A stretch of 64,000 nt of DNA, taken from positions 6,757-70,756 of the forward strand of contig CANQTM010000006.1 of NCBI GenBank assembly GCA_947626825.1, in the 5' to 3' direction. The stretch comes from an uncultured Bacilli bacterium. Its GTDB lineage: Bacteria; Bacillota_I; Bacilli_A; RFN20; CAG-631. A program made the position numbers and the translations under genes. Positions within the stretch are counted from its first letter, which is position 1. Every line of letters starts with the position of its first letter. Of the stretch, positions 50,371-60,543 are shown in pieces. The notes beneath the pieces were generated by a model that worked only from the letters and a program-made list of their open reading frames with translations, searched no databases and was not told the DNA's origin.

Positions 50371-51518
50371 AATGTTCTGCTTGTCATTTTGAAATTGAAG
50401 AACCATTAATATTATTTAATGGAGATTGGGTATGCCCACATTGTAAAAAAAATATTTTAGACAAAATGGAAAATGTCAAATTTGAGATTACTGATGAAAA
50501 TGAATTTTTATTTAATTTATCTGAATCTTATTATTGTCAGGCAATTAAGGCAGAAAGTAAAAAACTAAAAGATTCATATATTGTTCAAGCAATCAAATAT
50601 TGTCAACAAGCCATGGATAAGAAACATCCTTATGCTTATTTTAGAATGGGCTATTATTTTGATAAAGATTATTTAGAAAACAAATGGGATGAAAATCGCA
50701 GATGTCAAATTGCTTATTCATATTATGTTGCTGTTTTGGAAGGAAAAATTGATGAAAGCAACAAAAAAAGACTAGAAGAAATTCAAGAAACAACAAAAGA
50801 ATTTTTATACACAATGTTATATTATTGGCCAGAGGCTCATGTTAATGATTCTAAATATTTTATTTCAAATAATGTAAAAAAATATGATTTAAAAGAATTT
50901 GAAAAGAAACAACAAAATACAATTATTTCTAATTTAGAAAGATTCAAAAATTCTTTACTTTCTTTAAATCAAGATAATGGAACAACATTGTGTGGTGTTT
51001 TTAAATTCGATAAAGAAAGTTTTGAACAATTTTTAAAAGATTATCGTAAAGATATAGAAAAGCCTTTAAAAGATCGAAAATGGTATAACATTTTAAAAAA
51101 TTCATCCAAGGTTATATTTTATTATAGTTCAAGCCAAGCAGCAATCAAAAAAGAAGCCGAATTATATTTCAATTGTTTTGCCGAAAATCAAAATAATTCA
51201 AATAATATAAGAAACGCATTGGTTAGTGAACAAGGTCGTGGTGATGATTTATTAGGATGTTTAGATGCCAAAGTAATATATGCATGTTTTATTAGTCAAA
51301 AGAAAAAACATAAATATTTTTCAACTTCACAAGTTTCTAAAATTAATAAATTTCTAATTGAAGATGATGAAAACAATCGAGAAAGCATATTAGGACATTT
51401 AGAAACTAAAGGAAATAGAAATTGGATTATTATTTATGATGATGATATTTATGCTCAAGAAGGCCGTAATATTAAAAATAAAGTTTATCAATTCGTAGAA
51501 GAATTATTGAAAAATTAA
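50361..51518 (+). CDS. Zn-ribbon plus Sel1/TPR-like protein
   Basis: N-terminal CSAC...CPHC; AIKYCQQAMDKKHPYAYFRMGYYF Sel1-like; start overlaps the previous gene. Confidence 0.65.
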   Translation: MGIKCSACHFEIEEPLILFNGDWVCPHCKKNILDKMENVKFEITDENEFLFNLSESYYCQAIKAESKKLKDSYIVQAIKYCQQAMDKKHPYAYFRMGYYFDKDYLENKWDENRRCQIAYSYYVAVLEGKIDESNKKRLEEIQETTKEFLYTMLYYWPEAHVNDSKYFISNNVKKYDLKEFEKKQQNTIISNLERFKNSLLSLNQDNGTTLCGVFKFDKESFEQFLKDYRKDIEKPLKDRKWYNILKNSSKVIFYYSSSQAAIKKEAELYFNCFAENQNNSNNIRNALVSEQGRGDDLLGCLDAKVIYACFISQKKKHKYFSTSQVSKINKFLIEDDENNRESILGHLETKGNRNWIIIYDDDIYAQEGRNIKNKVYQFVEELLKN

Positions 51519-51546
51519 ATTATAGACTTTAAGGAGATGCTATTAA

Positions 51547-53091
51547 ATGTTTGAAACAAAAATAAATAATATTAATAAAATATATTCACCTTATGGGCTA
51601 TCAATTAATTTTAAATTATCAAATTTAGATTCATATCAAGTAACAGCTTCTGAAAAATTGTTATTTATCATAGAAACTATAGGCTCAGAACAATTTAAAT
51701 GGTTACTGGTTCAAGAAAACACAAAAGAAGATTCTATTAAATTAATAAAAGATTGCATTAGTGAATTAAAAAAAATAAAAAGCTATAAATTTAAAGATTT
51801 AAATAAAATTAAAAAATTTGAAGAAAGGTATCAAACAATAATGGAAGGACAAAACAATTTAAATTTAAAAAATGTCGTTTTAGATTGGAATAATAAAGTT
51901 AAAAAAATAATAAGTGAAGAAGTTGCTAAACCTGAATATGCAAATAGTCCCGCAACTTTAAGATCTATGAATGTTGCTTTAAATATAATTAAAAATATCG
52001 AAAATGAAATTCAAATGGTAACTGATGAAAGTTCTGATTTTGCAAAATATAGTGCTTTAAACGCATGTAAGGCATTATATAATTGTTTAGATTATTTATA
52101 TAAAAATAATGGACAAGCAGAAGGCGAAAAAGGTGCATTTAGAAAAAATTGTGATATTGTTTTATCATATGTTAAACAATGGGCTGAAAATAAAATAGAT
52201 GCAAATCAAGATTATTCTACATATTTTCCTATTATTACATTAGAAGATTTTGTAAATGGTACTACAAAAATTGAATATCAAGTAAACAAAAAAATTTCAA
52301 AAAACGAATTTGAATCTTTAGTTCAAAAACATCAAAAAATTGCGCAAGTCTTTTTGAATTTTATAAATAGAGACTTATATTTAAACGCATTTGATATCAT
52401 TTTAGAAGCAGCTGAAAGATTAAATAATGATTTTGAAAAACCAAGAGAAACTTTAAATGAAATACAAGAACTTGAAGATAAAATTAAACAAAAAGAAAAG
52501 AAAATTAAAGACTATAAAGCACAAGTTCGACTTGGAAAAATTGCTGAAAATGATCCTAAAGTTTATGCTGAATGTCAAACTTTACTTGCCCAAATCAATG
52601 TAGATAAAAAGACATTAAACAACATTATGAAAATTAATAAAGCAGATATTCAAATGTATAAAAATATAATTGAAGTTACAACACTTGTTAATACAATTAT
52701 TGCAGAATTAAAAACTATTAAAAATAGAGAAATATTTCCAAAATTGATTTCTAAAATAGATGTAGGAATTTTTAATAAAATTAAATTAGGATATGATTTA
52801 TCATCAAAAGATATAGATACGTTAAAAGAAGTACATAATTATGTTCAAGAAATGATAGAAAATTATGTCAATAATCATGATAAAGATCGTTATAGTTTGG
52901 ATGAAATAGATATTAAAGAAGATAAATATGATTTAGAAGAAGATAAAACAAATGTTTATGAAAATGAAAATATATCTATTTTGGATATAGACGTTGGCGA
53001 TGAAGATGAAGATGTTGAAATAACAAATGAAGAAAACGAAAATACAGAAGAAGAAAAAATATCACTAAAAGATTTATTTGATGAAAACTAA
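51547..53091 (+). CDS. Hypothetical helical/coiled-coil protein with acidic C-terminal tail
   Basis: Heptad segment LNEIQELEDKIKQKEKKIKDYK; D/E-rich last 70 aa; AAGGAG RBS. Confidence 0.7.
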   Translation: MFETKINNINKIYSPYGLSINFKLSNLDSYQVTASEKLLFIIETIGSEQFKWLLVQENTKEDSIKLIKDCISELKKIKSYKFKDLNKIKKFEERYQTIMEGQNNLNLKNVVLDWNNKVKKIISEEVAKPEYANSPATLRSMNVALNIIKNIENEIQMVTDESSDFAKYSALNACKALYNCLDYLYKNNGQAEGEKGAFRKNCDIVLSYVKQWAENKIDANQDYSTYFPIITLEDFVNGTTKIEYQVNKKISKNEFESLVQKHQKIAQVFLNFINRDLYLNAFDIILEAAERLNNDFEKPRETLNEIQELEDKIKQKEKKIKDYKAQVRLGKIAENDPKVYAECQTLLAQINVDKKTLNNIMKINKADIQMYKNIIEVTTLVNTIIAELKTIKNREIFPKLISKIDVGIFNKIKLGYDLSSKDIDTLKEVHNYVQEMIENYVNNHDKDRYSLDEIDIKEDKYDLEEDKTNVYENENISILDIDVGDEDEDVEITNEENENTEEEKISLKDLFDEN

Positions 53092-53106
53092 AGGCGGTAA
53101 ATAAAT

Positions 53107-55095
53107 ATGGCTATCCAAACAGTTCCTATTTTAATTAAAATTTCAAAAGAAATTTTCTTAAATTGTGTTGATGAAGCACAAATTTTTGAAGCGGAAACAA
53201 ATATTAAAAACTATCAACGAAAATATAGTTATGTCTTTGAAAGTGAAGATTCGCTAAAAGTAAAAGAAGAATTAGATGGTTGGATAATTAAATTACATTT
53301 GAAATTTTTATATATAAATTATGTTAATAATTTTTCAAAAGAAAATGAATTTTTAGATTATTTAAATAATACAATTCAACAAGCTCAAGAAAAAGGCTAT
53401 AAAACTATTTTAAAAATCAGCAATGCTTTTAAACAATTTGTAGAAGCATTTCATCCAATTTTTGAGCAATATCAACAACTAGCAAGTAAAATTAATAATC
53501 TTGATTATAATTATAATACACAAGAATGTGAAATCATAAATCAGCAAATAGATAATTATATTGAAAAATTTAATAATGTAAAAAAAATATTAGATGATGT
53601 TTTTGGTAATGAGCAAGATGGTGTCATTGTAAAATTACCTAATAACATTGCTAAAATAAAAGAGAATTTAGAAAATTATAAGAAAAAACTTACAAATCGT
53701 GTTAATGAAATAAGATTTGAAAAATATTCTAAATATATCAGAAAATTAGAGCAAATATATCCTGATAATCCTTTATATTATCCAGAACTTGGTTATGGTG
53801 AAAGCAATATTGCCTCAATCGTTGTAGTAAATTCACCAATTCGTGATGAAGTTTTATTATCAATAAAAGGTTATTGCTTAAATAAAAAAATTAATATGTT
53901 GGTTTTAGATATTGTGGATCTACTTGTTGATATTAATGAAAAAGATATTGAAGAATTATTCTTATATATTTCAACTTGTTTTGATTGTGAGGGCCTATTT
54001 ATTGAAAACTTAAATGAATTACATACAATAAATTTGGTTAATAAATTATTTGAAGAAATATTAAGTTATGCTAGTAATCATATTGTATTTTTGAGTTATG
54101 AAAAAAGTGATGGCAAATTATATGATGAACTTTTTAACTATATAATGGACACTCAAAAATCTTCAACTAATTTAATAAGAAATTTTTATCTTTCAATGCC
54201 AGATTATGGCCAATTTATTCAAGAATTAGAAAAAAATGGAATTATAGATTTTGATAATATTACTGAAAAAGAAACTATTAAAAGAAATATGCCATTTACA
54301 GGTTTTGTTGGTTTAAATGAAATAATTAGAAATAAAAATAATTGGTTTGAAATTGGTAAAAACATTTCTTCTTCTCGTGATAATTTAATTGTTAGAAATT
54401 ATATTAAAAAGCTTAATAATCAAAGATTATTTATTAATAATGAATGGGGAAGTTTTAGTGAAAATGAATTTATAAAAACAGATAATCGTGGTAATTATGA
54501 TTATGATTCAATTTCAACTCCAATAAGAGATAATATTAAAAAAATTATAAATTGTCCTTGTGATTTCTTTTCAAAAGTTGGTATGGCAGTTCAATATTGT
54601 TTAACAGCTGGTCAAGATATCTCAATTTGGACACAAATATCTCTTGAAGAAAAAGAAAAAAGAACAACAGAAGCTACAAATTTAGTTTATTTGCTTTTAG
54701 GAATTTCTTTTAAACCTGAAATAAAATTTTTGGAAACATTAGAAGAAAAAAACACTCTTGGATTATGTTGCAATGAAGGAAGAGAAATTCATTATAAAAG
54801 CGGTCTGGTTAAAACTAATGTTATAGATTTAATGGATACAATTTTACATGAATCTTACCATGCTTTTCAACATCATGCCATTTCTAATAAATATTATGAA
54901 TACTATTTTACTGATTTAGGCGTTACTCATAGCCGAATAAATACATGGAATGAAAATTTCAAAAAATATATTTCACCTGACAAAAATAAATATGATTATT
55001 ATAGTGTTCAAATTGTTGAAAGTGATGCACGAGCTTTTGCACAAGATTGTATTGATGCTTGCCAAAGTGCTTGGAGTACGATTGATTTTGATTAA
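53107..55095 (+). CDS. Coiled-coil plus degenerate AAA-like domain plus C-terminal zincin metallopeptidase
   Basis: TILHESYHAFQH...VESDAR; central IVVVNSP...MLVLD...LFIENLNEL looks like a P-loop fold lacking the Walker A Lys. Confidence 0.7.
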   Translation: MAIQTVPILIKISKEIFLNCVDEAQIFEAETNIKNYQRKYSYVFESEDSLKVKEELDGWIIKLHLKFLYINYVNNFSKENEFLDYLNNTIQQAQEKGYKTILKISNAFKQFVEAFHPIFEQYQQLASKINNLDYNYNTQECEIINQQIDNYIEKFNNVKKILDDVFGNEQDGVIVKLPNNIAKIKENLENYKKKLTNRVNEIRFEKYSKYIRKLEQIYPDNPLYYPELGYGESNIASIVVVNSPIRDEVLLSIKGYCLNKKINMLVLDIVDLLVDINEKDIEELFLYISTCFDCEGLFIENLNELHTINLVNKLFEEILSYASNHIVFLSYEKSDGKLYDELFNYIMDTQKSSTNLIRNFYLSMPDYGQFIQELEKNGIIDFDNITEKETIKRNMPFTGFVGLNEIIRNKNNWFEIGKNISSSRDNLIVRNYIKKLNNQRLFINNEWGSFSENEFIKTDNRGNYDYDSISTPIRDNIKKIINCPCDFFSKVGMAVQYCLTAGQDISIWTQISLEEKEKRTTEATNLVYLLLGISFKPEIKFLETLEEKNTLGLCCNEGREIHYKSGLVKTNVIDLMDTILHESYHAFQHHAISNKYYEYYFTDLGVTHSRINTWNENFKKYISPDKNKYDYYSVQIVESDARAFAQDCIDACQSAWSTIDFD

Positions 55096-55115
55096 AAAAG
55101 GAGGGCCTTTCATAT

Positions 55116-58100
55116 ATGGAAGAAAAATTACAAAATATGGTTTCTGATTTACTGCATATTGATGAAGGAACGACCAATAAATTATTAGATTTATATGCTA
55201 ATAATGGTGTGGATACATATTTTTTATCAAATGATAATGTTGATAATATTGGAACATACACATTAAATGTTGTCAAAAACCATATTGGTAAAATTGCCAA
55301 TACAGCATTACGAAAAAGTGCCAAAATTGTTGAAAAAGAACAATTTATTAGTAATGCAACTAATCTAAATTATTTTGATTGGAAATGTTCAGATGGTACT
55401 GCTGATTCACAAAAACTCGATAAATTTATTACTGATGCTTATTCGAATACTATAAATAAAGGATTTAACCCATTATTTTTAAGTGTTGGTGCTTTAAAAT
55501 GGAAAGTAAAAATCGGAAAAGATGGTATTCAAGATGTTTTTAAAGATGTTTACACTCCATTAATTTTATTTCCAATACAATTAATTAGAGGCGGTTCTTT
55601 AACTGCACCAGTTAGTATTGGTTTTGTAAATACTGATATTTATTTAAATCCTGTTTTATATTATCGAATAAAAAATGATTTAACTAATGGTGAAGAAATT
55701 GCCAAAAGAATGCCTCATCCAAATTATATAAAATCAAATATCAATCAAAATTTATTTGATGAAAATAAATATATTAATGAACCTATTAATATTGATATTT
55801 TAGGAGATGGTAAAGAATATTTTGATGAAGTAAAAAGATATATTAATGAATATAAGCATGATGATGCTGTTTTTGAATTTGATGAAAATATAGTGGCATT
55901 TTTTAAATACAATCATGGTGAATTGTGCATGTATTATGATATCAAGAATCATGAAGATTTAATACTTGAACATCCATTAGTTAAAAAAATGTTCAATAAA
56001 CAAACTAAAAAAGAAATTTCTAATGAAAATATCAAAGCAACTGCTAAAAATGTTTTAGAAATGGATTCTATTCAAAATCAAATGATTAGTGATGTTATCA
56101 ATGGTGAATCAATGATCATTAAAGGGCCACCTGGAACAGGAAAAACTCAAACAATTACAAACATGATTGTTTCATTACTTGAACATAATAAAAAAGTTTT
56201 AGTTTCTTCTAAAAAGTTAGCTGCTTTATCAGAAGTTTATGCAAAAGTTCCAGAAAACATTAGACATTTCTTATTATTACTTGATTCTGAAAGTGAAACA
56301 GAGGCATCAAAAAAAGATCCTAAAGAAATAAAAGATCAATTAGAAAATATTATTAATAAAAGTAAAAAATACCAACCAATGGCAAATCTTGATCAAGATA
56401 TGGTGGCTGCCTTAAAACAAAAAGATCAAATTGAAAAAGAAATTAATAATTATATTAATCTTTCTTCCATGCCAAAATATGCTAATAAATCATATTATGA
56501 TGTGATTAATGAATATTTATCTTTTAAAGAAATAGATGAAAATATTCCTAATGAGGTTTTTATTAATAAAATAAAGAAAATTGATGCTTTAGAATATAAA
56601 GAAACAAGATATTTAGTAGAAAAATTAAATAATTATTTTGTTAAGTTAACAAATAACTATGAACATGCAGCTAAATATTGTCCTTGGCTTTATATTTCTA
56701 ATAAACATAATTTAAATGATATAGCAAATGTTTATCAAAAAATAAATAATATTTTTAATGAATTATTAGAAAATATTAATAAATTATCTTTAAATGATGT
56801 TCAAAAAGGAATTATAGATAATTTATCATTGTATGCAATTTATTTTTTAGGTTTTAAAAATGTTTCTTTAGAAATTATTGAAAATGTTTATAATAATTTT
56901 GATGAAAAAACATTTACACAATTAAAAAGTTGTTTCAAAGAACTATTAGATGTTAATAAATTATCAATGTTGATTAATCAAATTGATGATTATTCTAAAA
57001 ATATTTCATTAGATAATTTTGATTTTAATGAAATAATTCGAAAACTAAAATCATTCAATTTAGATGAAAATTTGACTAATTCATTTATTAGAGAATTAAA
57101 AATCACTCAACAATTAATTGATAGTATTTTAATAACAAAAGATTTTGATCAAATTTTATTTATTCATAGAGTTAAAGGATATTTTGAAAAATCACAATTA
57201 TTAACAAAATTACAAAATGAATGTATTGAAATATTTAAAGATAATTTATCATTAGATGATACAAACAAAATAATATCAGCTAATAAACATTTACATAAAT
57301 ATTTAAATAATTCCAAAAATAAAATATCCCTTTTTGATATTTCAGCCAAAAAGGCTTTAAAACAAATTCGAAATTTATTTAAAAATCCTAATCTAGATGT
57401 TTTACATATTGTATATGGCTGTGATTTATTTAATCAATTCATAGAAGCCAAAAATGAAATTGAAAATTTATATAAAGAATTACAAGAAGGAATTTTTTAT
57501 AAATATAACGAAAACGAATTTGCATTATTAAATAAACAACTTAAATATTTTGATTATGATGTAAAATCATTAGCTAATTTAAAAAACATTTTGAATGTTA
57601 CTGATGAATATTTAAATATTCTTAATCAATTAGATAATAAAAATATTGAAACAGTAAAAAATGTTATAGAATGTTATAAGAATTTAGCAATTATAAAAAA
57701 TATTAAAAATTTAATTGAGCCATATTATAAAGAAAATTGTTATAAATATAAAGAATATTTAATGTTTGCTTTAAAATTTATGTCAATTTATGATATCAAA
57801 TTATCAAATAATATGTCAGTTTCAAATTCTTATTTCAAAGACGTTGTAGATTTAGTTAGTAAAATTGAATATTTGAATAATCAAATTAAACTTGATGATA
57901 TTATAAAATATGTTGAAAGTTTCCAAAAAGAACTTATAGATAATGATTTATTTAATTATTATTCAAAAACTGAAGTTGGTTATTTCAAAATTAAAACAAT
58001 TAAAATATTGCAAAATGAATTTGAAAGAACTGATTTGATAGATGCAGCAAAAGATTATCAAATAAATATTAATAATTATGAATATAAAGATAATCTACCA

Positions 58101-59750
58101 ATAAATGATTTATTTGAATATTTAATTAATTCAAAAGAACATTTTGAAAAAGAATTTAATATTTTAAATCTTTTTGAACATCTAATTTATAAAAAACTTA
58201 TTAAGATGTATCAAAATGATATGAATCTTAATTTTGCTCATTCAGTAAGTTTCAAATTAAATAATTTGTACAATCAATATGAAAATATTGAAAGCGAAAT
58301 AAGATTATTAAATCAAAAATATATTGAAAGAAGTCTATATAATAATATTAATAAAGATATTTATCTACATTGTCGAAGTAATGACAATATAAGACAATTA
58401 TTTAATAATAATGCCAATGCAATCATGGCATTAAAGAAATGTTTGATTTTATCTCCAGCTACTGCTAGCTTATTGTTTACTAAGTCAGATATCTATAATA
58501 ATTTTGATGTTGTTATTGTTGATGAAGCTAGCCAATTAGAACCTGTTGAAATATTGCCTATATTATTTAGGGCAAAACAATGTGTTATTGTTGGTGATGA
58601 ATGGCAAATGCCACCAATTGAACATTTTAAAACTAAAAGAGTAGCCTTAATTGAAGATTATGATGCAGAATTGGTTCCTGATTCATCAGTTTTATCACAA
58701 TTTTTAAATAATAATGCTTTCAAAATATATGAATTAGAATGTCATTATCGAAGTAGAACAGAATCATTAATCCGTTTCTCACAACATCTATTTTATCCAA
58801 AATTGAAAACATTTCCAGCCCCAGAACCTAAAAAAGATGGCCTTGGTTTTGTAGATAAATATATCGCAAATGGTTTTTCAAATGATGGTAGAAATTTGCA
58901 AGAAGCTGAAGAAGTTGTTAATTGCATAAAGAAACATTTTGATAAATATTTTCAAAACAACGAACTTTTAGAATCTTTAGGAATAGTTGCCTTTGGTGAA
59001 AAGCAAATTGCCCTAATTAATGAAAAAGTTGAAAAAGATGTTGAACTTAATAAAAAAATAAAACTAGCTATAGAAAATAGAAAGAAAAATGTTGTTCCTG
59101 AAAAAGTCATATTTTTCAAAACAATTGAAGATGTTCAAGGCCAAGAAGCAGATCATTTAATATTATCTTTAACATATGGTAAAAATAAAGATGGTAAAAC
59201 ACAATTAACTTTTGGTCAATTGAATAGAGATAAACTTGGAAAATGTATTTTCAATGTCGCAGTAACAAGGGCTAGAAGTTCTATAACAGTTATCCATTCA
59301 ATCAAACCAAATGAGATTGATGCAACTTCATCTAAAATAGGATATATTAAAGATTATCTTGAAATTGTTGAAAAATTTGCTCAGGAAGAAAATCAATTTG
59401 TTTGCAGTGAACCCAATAATTTTGTTAAAGATGTAGGTAATTATATTCTTTCTTTAGGATATTTTCTAAAAGATCGATTAGTTTATAATTATGGTGTTAC
59501 AGATGGCTCAATCCGCATACCAATTGCTATTTTATCAAAAGATAAAACAAAAGCAGTGTTGGGAATTTTCTGTGAAAGAGAAAAAGATTTAAAATACAAT
59601 TATATTGATTATAATATTAGGTATTTTAATATTCTTAAAGATCATTGTGGCTGGAACATTCATAGAGTTTTTGCAAGCGATTGGGTTAATGATAAAGAAA
59701 ATGTTTGTAAAGAATTAAAAAATATAATTTTAAAATATTTGAATTTATAA
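55116..59750 (+). CDS. DUF4011-like N-terminus plus SF1 (UPF1/DNA2-like) helicase with large insert plus degenerate Vsr/MTES_1575-like domain
   Basis: NPLFLSVGALKW...TPLILFPIQL; KGPPGTGKTQTITN; FDVVIVDEASQ; VGDEWQMPP; HYRSR; VQGQEAD; NVAVTRAR; GWNIHRVFASDW. Confidence 0.9.
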   Translation: MEEKLQNMVSDLLHIDEGTTNKLLDLYANNGVDTYFLSNDNVDNIGTYTLNVVKNHIGKIANTALRKSAKIVEKEQFISNATNLNYFDWKCSDGTADSQKLDKFITDAYSNTINKGFNPLFLSVGALKWKVKIGKDGIQDVFKDVYTPLILFPIQLIRGGSLTAPVSIGFVNTDIYLNPVLYYRIKNDLTNGEEIAKRMPHPNYIKSNINQNLFDENKYINEPINIDILGDGKEYFDEVKRYINEYKHDDAVFEFDENIVAFFKYNHGELCMYYDIKNHEDLILEHPLVKKMFNKQTKKEISNENIKATAKNVLEMDSIQNQMISDVINGESMIIKGPPGTGKTQTITNMIVSLLEHNKKVLVSSKKLAALSEVYAKVPENIRHFLLLLDSESETEASKKDPKEIKDQLENIINKSKKYQPMANLDQDMVAALKQKDQIEKEINNYINLSSMPKYANKSYYDVINEYLSFKEIDENIPNEVFINKIKKIDALEYKETRYLVEKLNNYFVKLTNNYEHAAKYCPWLYISNKHNLNDIANVYQKINNIFNELLENINKLSLNDVQKGIIDNLSLYAIYFLGFKNVSLEIIENVYNNFDEKTFTQLKSCFKELLDVNKLSMLINQIDDYSKNISLDNFDFNEIIRKLKSFNLDENLTNSFIRELKITQQLIDSILITKDFDQILFIHRVKGYFEKSQLLTKLQNECIEIFKDNLSLDDTNKIISANKHLHKYLNNSKNKISLFDISAKKALKQIRNLFKNPNLDVLHIVYGCDLFNQFIEAKNEIENLYKELQEGIFYKYNENEFALLNKQLKYFDYDVKSLANLKNILNVTDEYLNILNQLDNKNIETVKNVIECYKNLAIIKNIKNLIEPYYKENCYKYKEYLMFALKFMSIYDIKLSNNMSVSNSYFKDVVDLVSKIEYLNNQIKLDDIIKYVESFQKELIDNDLFNYYSKTEVGYFKIKTIKILQNEFERTDLIDAAKDYQININNYEYKDNLPINDLFEYLINSKEHFEKEFNILNLFEHLIYKKLIKMYQNDMNLNFAHSVSFKLNNLYNQYENIESEIRLLNQKYIERSLYNNINKDIYLHCRSNDNIRQLFNNNANAIMALKKCLILSPATASLLFTKSDIYNNFDVVIVDEASQLEPVEILPILFRAKQCVIVGDEWQMPPIEHFKTKRVALIEDYDAELVPDSSVLSQFLNNNAFKIYELECHYRSRTESLIRFSQHLFYPKLKTFPAPEPKKDGLGFVDKYIANGFSNDGRNLQEAEEVVNCIKKHFDKYFQNNELLESLGIVAFGEKQIALINEKVEKDVELNKKIKLAIENRKKNVVPEKVIFFKTIEDVQGQEADHLILSLTYGKNKDGKTQLTFGQLNRDKLGKCIFNVAVTRARSSITVIHSIKPNEIDATSSKIGYIKDYLEIVEKFAQEENQFVCSEPNNFVKDVGNYILSLGYFLKDRLVYNYGVTDGSIRIPIAILSKDKTKAVLGIFCEREKDLKYNYIDYNIRYFNILKDHCGWNIHRVFASDWVNDKENVCKELKNIILKYLNL

Positions 59751-59774
59751 AAATTTAATGGAGGACAAGTACAA

Positions 59775-60524
59775 ATGGAAGAAGTTAAAGTTAATGAAAT
59801 GGAATTAAATGAAGATGAACAAGAAATAGAAAGAATCCATAAAAGAAATGAAATGAAAAGGGCTATTAACAAAAAAAGAAAGCTATTACAAGATAATAAA
59901 GCTAATTTACTTGAAACAGCCTCAAAATATTTAGAAATTTATGGAGAAGATTCTCAAATTGTTCAAGTTTTTGCTACTTTAATAGAAATTATTAGTTCAA
60001 TTGAATCAGTTATTGATGTTATTGTTGGAGTTCAAACTGTAGAATTGTTTATGCAAGATGCTATAGGCGTAATTGATGATTGTTTAAATTTATCTAATTT
60101 AATTTTTGCAAATGAAAGTCAAGAACAAACTGTAAAGAAATCTTTCTTTAAGAGATTAAAAGAAAAAAGAGAAATTAAACGTCGTGCTAAAAATATTAAA
60201 AGAAATCTAATTAACAAAGTAGAAGAGATTCGATTTAATTTATCTGTAAGTAGTTCTGCAATGAGTGGTATTATGGGTGTCTTTAATAAATTCCCAAATA
60301 TGGTAAATAAAAGTTTTGGTAAAAGCATGAACACATTTACTAGTGCTAATTCTAAAAAGAAAAAGAAAAAAGGTAATACTGGTCCTTCAAGTGGCATATT
60401 ACAAATTAAAAAATATGTTGAAGAAAAAAATCAAGAAGGAAGCACTAACAACGATTTTGATAAACCATCTAATGAAAAACCATCAAGTGGTACTCCAAAA
60501 AACACTGGTGTTGGTGGTTTATAA
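59775..60524 (+). CDS. Hypothetical all-helical coiled-coil protein with disordered C-terminus (ESCRT-III/PspA-like candidate)
   Basis: 249 aa with long amphipathic helices and a low-complexity tail; immediately upstream of the MIT-like AAA ATPase. Confidence 0.6.
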   Translation: MEEVKVNEMELNEDEQEIERIHKRNEMKRAINKKRKLLQDNKANLLETASKYLEIYGEDSQIVQVFATLIEIISSIESVIDVIVGVQTVELFMQDAIGVIDDCLNLSNLIFANESQEQTVKKSFFKRLKEKREIKRRAKNIKRNLINKVEEIRFNLSVSSSAMSGIMGVFNKFPNMVNKSFGKSMNTFTSANSKKKKKKGNTGPSSGILQIKKYVEEKNQEGSTNNDFDKPSNEKPSSGTPKNTGVGGL

Positions 60525-60543
60525 TTAAGGAAAGTGTACATTT

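Noticed and set aside
55116-59750. Calling the operon the known single-gene DUF4011-helicase-Vsr (Hhe-type) defence system
   Set aside because: The domain layout is similar, but the nuclease residues are degenerate and the gene sits inside an 11-gene unit, so that label does not explain the locus
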